Assembly (NCBI GenBank): GCA_964613395.1 | Contig: CAZTGO010000006.1 | Span: 3,764-67,763, forward strand | From: an uncultured Candidatus Poseidoniales archaeon | GTDB taxonomy: Archaea > Thermoplasmatota > Poseidoniia > Poseidoniales > Poseidoniaceae | Reading direction: 5' to 3' | DNA: 64,000 bases | Part shown: positions 9,280 through 16,651 of the stretch, piece after piece | Layout: each line of letters opens with the position of its first letter | How positions within the stretch are numbered: position 1 is the stretch's first letter | Notes under the pieces: generated by a model | Told to the model about the DNA's origin: nothing | Database searches by the model: none | What the model saw: only the letters and a program-made list of their open reading frames with translations | Made by a program: the position numbers and the translations under genes

Positions 9280-9522
9280 ATGACCGCAGAAGGAATGACC
9301 TCCGTGAGTGTAAGTTATGAAATTCGTAGGCAACTCAATACGATGAGAACAACAAGCGGTCATCGTAGTGTGAATGATCTGCTTGAAGATATGATTCGCA
9401 CATACAAAATGCTAAAATTACGAGGAGAAATAGACCTCCTCCAGAGTAGAATCAAAGACCATCTCGATATTGATGTTCATCACCTGGCTGAACGACTTAA
9501 CCTCTCTCCATTCAAGGTGTGA
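9280..9522 (+). CDS. Small ribbon-helix-helix-like DNA-binding protein
   Basis: beta-strand TSVSVS, helix YEIRRQLNTMR, turn SGH, then SVNDLLEDMI, which is the CopG/RHH pattern. A C-terminal amphipathic helix follows. Confidence 0.6.
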   Translation: MTAEGMTSVSVSYEIRRQLNTMRTTSGHRSVNDLLEDMIRTYKMLKLRGEIDLLQSRIKDHLDIDVHHLAERLNLSPFKV

Positions 9523-9779
9523 CCATCATGGATTGGCGACCGAAGGGTTACGAATTAAGTGCTAAAGGCCTTGTTTGTGCTCTTTGTGATTCAACGACAG
9601 ATGAACACAAAATATTGATGGCTGCGGTAAACGGTTCCATTGAATTATTCGCAAAGAAGAATGCTTGGAATGCTTTTCTTTGGTTGATCATGAACACACT
9701 CAAAGCCGATGGAAAACCTGTTTATTCTCCTCATGAATTGGGATCATTGAAGGAAGCTCTGCCAATCGTTTGGGTCTAA
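9519..9779 (+). CDS. Small hypothetical protein (CxxC...H)
   Basis: 86-aa ORF whose GTG overlaps the upstream TGA (GTGA, 9519-9522), suggesting translational coupling. Confidence 0.6.
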   Translation: MTIMDWRPKGYELSAKGLVCALCDSTTDEHKILMAAVNGSIELFAKKNAWNAFLWLIMNTLKADGKPVYSPHELGSLKEALPIVWV

Positions 9780-9781
9780 GT

Positions 9782-12178
9782 TTAACCTTGATTGTCGAGC
9801 CATTGTTGGCCGTACCACTGCCATTGTTCCATCGTCCACCCATCAGGTAATCCTGAAGCAGGTAATGGAGGTCCAGATTGTTGTGGTGGTGAATGCTCGG
9901 GGACGACTCCAGCAATCTCTTCGATACTCGATTCATTGCTATAATCCATGGTTGCTTCATTGGATGATTGTTCTTCATTTTCACTTACCTCTGAAGGCTC
10001 ACCCTCCTCATCTTCATCGAATTTAAATTCTTCAATTTGGTCGTCCCAGTCACCGTCAGATACAACACCACCCGACGCAGACAAACCTGCTTTGCCTTCC
10101 AAGGCTTCTATCGCAGTGTTCTTACTTACCAATCCAAAATCAGCATATGCCTTTGTGGATTCGGGAAGCGTTTTCTTTGATTTCAACTTCGCAATACCGA
10201 GGATGGACACGGTGAGGATAATGAAGATGATACCGCCATATGTCGAAACCTGTATGATGAGATCGGTTTGAGCGTCGTTGTTTGAGGACGTAGGATTTTC
10301 TTGCTTGTACTTCCATTGGCCATAAGTCATTGAAATCGTATTTTCATCGAGATTGTTCAGATATGCTTGATATTCTGGGTCATTCCATGCAAGACAAGCC
10401 TCAGAAGTGTCATTTTTCGTTGCGAGGCAATAATGTTGTTCTGTTTGAATATTAGCTCGTGTGTCATCATAATCTGCGTTACTACCTACACCATCGCCAT
10501 CAAAATCAACTTGTTCTGACTTGATTTTGTCCATGTTTAACGATTCAGATCTATCATTGAATTGGTCGCCATCGAGGTCGATGCATCCATACATTGTTAT
10601 GACTTGAAAGCCAAGTGGGTGGCTTTCATTGAAATCAATAGCTTTGGTGCTATTTCCTGCTTCCCATGGACAAGAGTCTGGCTTTTCACCGTCTTGTTCA
10701 TCGCCGTAACCGTCACCATCGCCATCTTCCCATTGTGTAGGTGTAAATGGCAACGCGTCTGCACCATCACTGATGGACCATGTTGCATCTGGATCTGAGT
10801 AACCATCGAGGTCCGAGTCAATACATCCAAAACGGTCTTCCGTCGAGTAACCCCGAACAGTTATGCATGCATCCGGCCTGTATCCATCTGGATTATCGCC
10901 AAACGAATCTCCGTCCTCATTTGCCCATTGGGATGGTATCTCTGGGAATGCATCACCATCTTGACCGTCTGGGTTATCTCCATATCCATCGAGATCGGAA
11001 TCAATCCACTGGTCTGGGTTGTTTGGAAATTCATCGGGGTTTTCTCCGAAGGGATTATCTCCGTAACCATCACCATCAATATCACTGTTTTGAGTTGGGT
11101 CATATGGAAAAGCGTCAGGGTTGTTCCCATCAGCATTGTCTCCATAGCCATCATCGTCAGAATCTGCCCATTGGGTGGGGTCAAATGGAAAAAGATCAAC
11201 AGTGTTTGAATAAGAATCAAGGTCAGAATCTATATCAAAAAATCTCAACCTCGTTTCTGAAGCGGTTGTCGAAATAGCATACACCTCGCCAGTAAACTCA
11301 ACACGAACATTGAGCACGTCCCCCGAAGCCACCAACTCATGATCGGTTGTCATGGTGATTCCATCGATAAGGGCAACTCGCCCCTGTTTGGCACCAATGG
11401 CATAATGCGTCGAATTGTAAGGACGTATGGTAAGAATATCATGCGTATGGTCAAATGAGATTTGTTCTGAAGACCATGTATTGTTGTCAAGACGGTAGAA
11501 ATTCGCATCAGCATCGCCGATGAGTACTCTGCCACTGTCATCATCAGCGATTGCAGAAACGTAACCCTGAGCAGTCGTCAGCGTTTCTTGAAGCCCACCG
11601 TTTGAACCGTAAATGTAGGTCTTCGAGTCATATGAACCAACTGCAATTCGTCCATCAGAGAGTACATCAAACGCACTAATTCCTGCATTGACCATACCAG
11701 TAACAATTCCAGTTGATTCGTTTCCGGAATATTCGTCGACCCTTCTGAGTCCAGCAAAATATGCGATCCAAACATCACCTTCAATGTCCCAATCTGCATC
11801 ATTCACCGGGTCTGCGGTTTCGATAGAGTACACCATCGAGATAGTGTTCAAATTGAAAACAAACACGCCTTCATCGTGACAGGCAAGAACGAGTTGCTGG
11901 TTTGCATCAATTCGAGCAGCGTTAATTGTTGCATTCAAAGAATAAAACCAAGATAATTGCAGACCTTGAGGAGAAAAAGTGCTCATACTCAAATTGCCGC
12001 TCTTTGAAATAGTAACGACATCTCCGTTGTTTAGATTCTCCCATAGGACATACTTTTCATCGTACACCTCGGTATTTCCTGCATCAATGAGCGAGGATTG
12101 TGCTGAGGCAAGCAAAAGTGTGCTTGGTGCGAAAAGAAAGAACGAAGCGATGAGGTAAATTCGCAAACGGCCCTTCAT
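9782..12178 (-). CDS. Membrane-anchored surface protein: beta-propeller + thrombospondin type 3 Ca-binding repeats + TM + W-rich cytoplasmic tail
   Basis: N-terminal signal peptide and WD40/YVTN-like blades. Repeated D.D.DGYGDN..G...DAFP..P.QW units. TM segment VSTYGGIIFIILTVSILGIA. Terminal GLPDGWTMEQWQWYGQQWL. Confidence 0.85.
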   Translation of the reverse strand: MKGRLRIYLIASFFLFAPSTLLLASAQSSLIDAGNTEVYDEKYVLWENLNNGDVVTISKSGNLSMSTFSPQGLQLSWFYSLNATINAARIDANQQLVLACHDEGVFVFNLNTISMVYSIETADPVNDADWDIEGDVWIAYFAGLRRVDEYSGNESTGIVTGMVNAGISAFDVLSDGRIAVGSYDSKTYIYGSNGGLQETLTTAQGYVSAIADDDSGRVLIGDADANFYRLDNNTWSSEQISFDHTHDILTIRPYNSTHYAIGAKQGRVALIDGITMTTDHELVASGDVLNVRVEFTGEVYAISTTASETRLRFFDIDSDLDSYSNTVDLFPFDPTQWADSDDDGYGDNADGNNPDAFPYDPTQNSDIDGDGYGDNPFGENPDEFPNNPDQWIDSDLDGYGDNPDGQDGDAFPEIPSQWANEDGDSFGDNPDGYRPDACITVRGYSTEDRFGCIDSDLDGYSDPDATWSISDGADALPFTPTQWEDGDGDGYGDEQDGEKPDSCPWEAGNSTKAIDFNESHPLGFQVITMYGCIDLDGDQFNDRSESLNMDKIKSEQVDFDGDGVGSNADYDDTRANIQTEQHYCLATKNDTSEACLAWNDPEYQAYLNNLDENTISMTYGQWKYKQENPTSSNNDAQTDLIIQVSTYGGIIFIILTVSILGIAKLKSKKTLPESTKAYADFGLVSKNTAIEALEGKAGLSASGGVVSDGDWDDQIEEFKFDEDEEGEPSEVSENEEQSSNEATMDYSNESSIEEIAGVVPEHSPPQQSGPPLPASGLPDGWTMEQWQWYGQQWLDNQG
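10465..11237 (-). repeat. Intragenic thrombospondin type 3-like repeats
   Basis: Multiple DxDxDGYGD / QWxDxDxD units in translation, with matching nucleotide repeats (ccgtaaccat/gtctccata). Confidence 0.85.
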
Positions 12179-12208
12179 TGATAATCCGAGCGATAAAGAG
12201 AATTAAAA

Positions 12209-14713
12209 TCACTCGCTTTGTTGATTTTCTTCAGAATCATCCTCAATCGGCTGCAATTTTTTTACCGGCTGAAGTTTTGCTGGTTGCAATACTCCTTTGA
12301 CCGGTGTTAATTTCGCAGTTGGTAATTCAGTTTCCTCTTCTGATTGTACTGGATTCAAGGTCGGCGGCAATGGTCGAAGTGAAGCAGTTTGAACTTCAGT
12401 CACCTCATCCACCATCGGCCGGAGGACACCTACAACTGGTCGCAATTCTGCAATTTCTAAAGATTCAGCAGCAGCATCGACAAGTTCAATTTCATCCTCG
12501 ACTTCAACAATTTCCTCATGGAGGGTATCCATGCTTACATCATCAAGTGCTTCCTCAAGGTCTGTTCTTGGTTGAAGCACGGCTTCGTCGTCGTCCGTTC
12601 CAAAGACCCCATCTTCACCCGGTGTAATGCTTACTTCATAGCCTCCTACTGGGATTTTCATCTCTTCAACCGGCGACTGCTCGGACTCTAGGATTGGCTG
12701 AGACACCGGAGCAATTGGTGTCTTCACAGTGCGAACTGGAAGTGGGACAGCCCCTGCGAGTGGTTTTGAACTCGTTGCAGGAGACCTCATTGTTTCAAGG
12801 CCAAGGCGGGGTTGGTCTTCGGTTGCCAATGCTCCGCGAAGCGGTCGCCCGCCTGTTCCACCGAGAAGGCCTGGCCTTGCCCCAATCGATGAAGGGTCAA
12901 ATTGTTGGCTCGGTGCGGACGTGGTTTGGCCAGATATTGACTGCATCCACTTCTGTCGCTTTGCTGCCCTATCATCAACATCCTGAAGTTCTGAGAATTC
13001 TTGTTGTCGTGCTTGTAATTCAGCCTCATCCATGCTGATTTCGCCTTGAATTTGTTCAGTAACGGCTTCACGCATTTTTTGTTCTGCCATTTCTTTGAAG
13101 TTATCGATTTTCTCAGATAACCCACGAAGACGATCTCGAATTTCTGCTCTTTTGAGCCCCAATTGTGCTTCAATTTCAGCACGGATTTGTGATTCTCGCT
13201 TTCGAACATCGATAAGAGCTTTGTTTCGCATAATTTCTTCGCGCTTGTCGAGTTGACGCTCCAATTGTGTTGCAACCTCTTCTTCTTTTCTTTGCTTGAA
13301 ATTCTGTAAACGCTCTTCCATCTCGACCTCAAGGGTAAGAACAGTTTCCTCTTTGAGCAAATCGAGATTTGTTTCATGCGTTATCCGCTCGTTTCGCAAA
13401 CTTGCATCAAGTTCTGAAAGAATAGCAGTTCGTGCCGCTGCTTCTCTTGCTTTGAACTCCATTTCAAGTCGACTCGTCCAATTATCACGCTTTGAGGAGT
13501 AATCTTGTTCCATTTCTGAACGAATTTCTGCTTCACGCTCAAATCTAAATTGAGCAAGTCTGTGTTGAATTTCTGCTTCCTTGTTCTTTTGATATGTAGC
13601 ATAATCAAGGTCATATCGCTTCTCAAATTCCTGTTCGATTTCGAGTTCAAGCGTTTTTGAGATATCATCCATCGCTTTAGAAAATGTTAGATCGTATTTT
13701 TGTTTTAATCTCGATTTGCGTTCTGCCATACGTGAGGAATAGCTTTCTTCCAATTTAGCCTCAATTTCTTGACGTATGTCCTCTCTACGCTTAGACAAGG
13801 CCATTTCAACATCTTCACGAAGACGAATCTCTAGATGCTCTGTTTCTTGGCGTAAGCGGGTTTCGACCTCTTCTTGAATTTGCTGTGCAATGTCTTCCTC
13901 AAGACGCAAAGACCTCCGTTCAAACTCAACTTTGAGCCTTGCTTCTCGTTGTTTGATTCGTTGGCGCAATTGTTGTTCCAACCGGGTTCGAATACCACGC
14001 CGAAGTTGTTCTTCACGCTCAGCAAGACGGACGGAATGAGCCTCCTCAAGTTGCAAAATCTCATTTTGCTCAATCTGTTCAAATCGTTTATTCATTTCCT
14101 GTTCAATATCATTTTCAATCTCACGAAGTCTCGATTGTAATCTTGAATTGTATTCCATTGCTATTTTTTGCTTTTGAAGTTCCATACGCTGGTCGAATTC
14201 TTCCTGAAGTTGATGCTCCATTTGTTGACGCAATTCTGTTTTTCGCTCTTCAAGACGCCGCTGTTTCTCGATTTCATGCTTTTCTTTGAGGGTTTGAGCC
14301 TGTCGAGATATTCTAAGACTTAACTCATCCCTCAGTTGCTGTTCGGTACGGGCAAGAGCTTCTCGCTCCATCGATTGTAGCTCTTCTTCCATTTGATTGC
14401 GTAATTCAGTTTCCAAACTTGAAAGCGTCATTTCATGTTGCTGTTCAAGGTCGCTGACCATCGCTTCTTGAAGAGCAAAAACCCTTTCGGAGATGGCTTG
14501 TTGTCGGAGACGTCTTTCCCTTCGCAAGTCCGCTCTCAAATTTTCTTCATTTCGAAACCTCGCTTGCCGGTCAACCGCTTGATCAATCGAGGTTGTTGAT
14601 GCACTCGTGAACTTTGAACGGAGTGACGATAAAGGCGAAGATGAATGAGATTCTTTCACGATTGACGAAACAACCTCGTCGTTTGCATTATTGCTTTCGC
14701 TCATCTCGTTCAA
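12209..14713 (-). CDS. Long E/R/Q/L-rich coiled-coil protein with disordered acidic tail
   Basis: About 550 aa of helix-type sequence nearly devoid of Pro/Gly, then a Pro/Gly/acidic tail. No TM segment or ATPase motif. Confidence 0.8.
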   Translation of the reverse strand: MNEMSESNNANDEVVSSIVKESHSSSPLSSLRSKFTSASTTSIDQAVDRQARFRNEENLRADLRRERRLRQQAISERVFALQEAMVSDLEQQHEMTLSSLETELRNQMEEELQSMEREALARTEQQLRDELSLRISRQAQTLKEKHEIEKQRRLEERKTELRQQMEHQLQEEFDQRMELQKQKIAMEYNSRLQSRLREIENDIEQEMNKRFEQIEQNEILQLEEAHSVRLAEREEQLRRGIRTRLEQQLRQRIKQREARLKVEFERRSLRLEEDIAQQIQEEVETRLRQETEHLEIRLREDVEMALSKRREDIRQEIEAKLEESYSSRMAERKSRLKQKYDLTFSKAMDDISKTLELEIEQEFEKRYDLDYATYQKNKEAEIQHRLAQFRFEREAEIRSEMEQDYSSKRDNWTSRLEMEFKAREAAARTAILSELDASLRNERITHETNLDLLKEETVLTLEVEMEERLQNFKQRKEEEVATQLERQLDKREEIMRNKALIDVRKRESQIRAEIEAQLGLKRAEIRDRLRGLSEKIDNFKEMAEQKMREAVTEQIQGEISMDEAELQARQQEFSELQDVDDRAAKRQKWMQSISGQTTSAPSQQFDPSSIGARPGLLGGTGGRPLRGALATEDQPRLGLETMRSPATSSKPLAGAVPLPVRTVKTPIAPVSQPILESEQSPVEEMKIPVGGYEVSITPGEDGVFGTDDDEAVLQPRTDLEEALDDVSMDTLHEEIVEVEDEIELVDAAAESLEIAELRPVVGVLRPMVDEVTEVQTASLRPLPPTLNPVQSEEETELPTAKLTPVKGVLQPAKLQPVKKLQPIEDDSEENQQSE

Positions 14714-14811
14714 CTCCCATCCGGATGATTATGGCTTTCTTTTCATACATAAGCAACGCGATACGGCAGAGGGTTACAATACCCATTTTGGACCTTTCTT
14801 GACCGTTCCAA

Positions 14812-15684
14812 TCACTCTTCAGATACGGTAGTATTCACAGAAGGTGGTTGAGGTTTGACGATGTAATAGATGCAGAGAACAAAAGAGCCAAAAAAGAGCC
14901 AACCTACACGCCCTAATTCCTCCAGTTCAATCGCTGTTTCAGACATACCAGTCAACACAAGGGCAGTTGAAATACCAATAAGCAACAACAGCATTTGAAG
15001 AATTGATAATTTCATGTCAGTCCCACCTTTCAGTTTCGATAATCGACGGTCAGAGATCATAAGTGCACCAGAAATGAACATGATCGGCAAAATAAGAAAA
15101 TCGAAAAACGGGTGCTTGTCGCAATTAACGTCACACCAACCATGGTCGACAAGTTCTGGCCCGAAACCTATGACCGGTTGCAGCCATATGAGGCCAGCTG
15201 AGCTCATGAGAAGCATCGCATTTCCGGGACTGGATAAGCCGTGAAAATAGGGTAAATCACTTCCGCCCTCATGCTGAAATCGTGCAAGGCGAAGCATACC
15301 TGTTGCAATAATCCAGCAACCTGCTACGGCAAGAGAGAATGTCCAAATTGGTGCTGCTTCACCCCAACGGCCGAACATGATGAACATCATGAGAGCAGGG
15401 GCTACACAAAATGAAAGGGAATCTGACATAATGTCGAGGTTGCCACCGAGAAGTCTCTTTTTCGAATAGCGGCGGGCGATGGGTCCATCGATGATGTCTC
15501 CAATTGCTGATAAGAAGATACACAACATCGATGCCCAGATGAATTTGGTACGAAGGTCGGCCGTATATGGTGAACCTAATTCTTCAACTGATAGTATAAG
15601 GAAAAATATCGATGCTGTACCAAACAATGCGTTTGCGAGTGTAATATAATCGGCAATTCCAGTCATGCCAAAGGTAGTTTTCAT
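14812..15684 (-). CDS. CDP-alcohol phosphatidyltransferase (PssA/archaetidylserine synthase-like)
   Basis: Signature DIIDGPIARRY...GGNLDIMSDSLSFCVAPA, LRLARF, FHGLSSP. Multiple TM helices. Confidence 0.9.
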   Translation of the reverse strand: MKTTFGMTGIADYITLANALFGTASIFFLILSVEELGSPYTADLRTKFIWASMLCIFLSAIGDIIDGPIARRYSKKRLLGGNLDIMSDSLSFCVAPALMMFIMFGRWGEAAPIWTFSLAVAGCWIIATGMLRLARFQHEGGSDLPYFHGLSSPGNAMLLMSSAGLIWLQPVIGFGPELVDHGWCDVNCDKHPFFDFLILPIMFISGALMISDRRLSKLKGGTDMKLSILQMLLLLIGISTALVLTGMSETAIELEELGRVGWLFFGSFVLCIYYIVKPQPPSVNTTVSEE

Positions 15685-15698
15685 AACCGCACCTCACA

Positions 15699-16091
15699 TT
15701 AAAAATTGACGCTGAATTCTGTGTCGCAAGCTGGACAATTGATGTCTCGCCTTCCAGGTCTTTGCTTCATTCTCAAACTTCGTTCACAATGAGGACATTG
15801 CAATTCAACTCTTGGAACATGCTCAAGCAAGGTAAAGTACGTATCGCATTGTCCACACTTGAGGTGTGCTGGTCGTTTTGCCACACCTGCAATAAGTACC
15901 CGTGCACATTCAGGGCAACTGACTTTTTCCTCTCTCCATGCTCGTAGTGTTCCTTCATGCTCAATGTTGACTTTCGCTTCGCACATTACGCACTCGACTA
16001 TGCCTAATTTTGAAGGAAGCAATTGGTCGCATTTGGGACATGAAAGTGAGGGCGGACCAACTCTTGATTCGACTGTGATTTCGTCGGACAT
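15699..16091 (-). CDS. Triple zinc-ribbon protein
   Basis: Six CxxC knuckles: CPKC, CVMC, CPEC, CGQC, CPHC, CPAC. Confidence 0.8.
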   Translation of the reverse strand: MSDEITVESRVGPPSLSCPKCDQLLPSKLGIVECVMCEAKVNIEHEGTLRAWREEKVSCPECARVLIAGVAKRPAHLKCGQCDTYFTLLEHVPRVELQCPHCERSLRMKQRPGRRDINCPACDTEFSVNF

Positions 16092-16106
16092 GGTTCTCTC
16101 TCAAAA

Positions 16107-16637
16107 TTAGTCTTCTTTCTTTTTTCGCATCAAAATGAGTTGGTTTGGAACAAAATTCCATGGAATCTCAATATTCAAATTGAACTTGTCAGATATTTCC
16201 TTGAGCATTTCTTTTGCAAGAACTTGGGCTCTAGAATCGCTCAAATCAAGTGCGATATGTTCATTTTCAAAATCGATGTTACTGGTAGATGCTTCTGGGT
16301 GAGGAACTTGATTTGTGTCTTGGGTAGGCTGCTCACGTACATGTAATAATTCCGGCAAGGAAACATCTTTGATTTTTCTCCACCATCTTGCACGTCCTTC
16401 ATCTCGATGATTCTCAACGAGTTCTAATTGTGCAAGTTTTTTCAGATGGTGATAGAGGTTGTATCGGTCGATGTTGATCGCATTTTGGAGTTGTACGGTG
16501 CTCATTTCCTCCGACCTTGAAAGAAGAACATACAATTCTCGTCGGGTTGGGTGAGCGAGAGCAGTTGTAACAGGGTCCCCTCGTATGCGTGCCAATCTCT
16601 CACCATTCGCCCATACATACTCATTGACTTTGAACAT
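16107..16637 (-). CDS. ArsR-like winged-HTH transcriptional regulator
   Basis: ALAHPTRRELYVLL...STVQLQNAINIDRYNLYHHLKKLAQLELVE...GRARWW. Confidence 0.85.
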   Translation of the reverse strand: MFKVNEYVWANGERLARIRGDPVTTALAHPTRRELYVLLSRSEEMSTVQLQNAINIDRYNLYHHLKKLAQLELVENHRDEGRARWWRKIKDVSLPELLHVREQPTQDTNQVPHPEASTSNIDFENEHIALDLSDSRAQVLAKEMLKEISDKFNLNIEIPWNFVPNQLILMRKKKED

Positions 16638-16651
16638 GTCGAGAAAATTTG

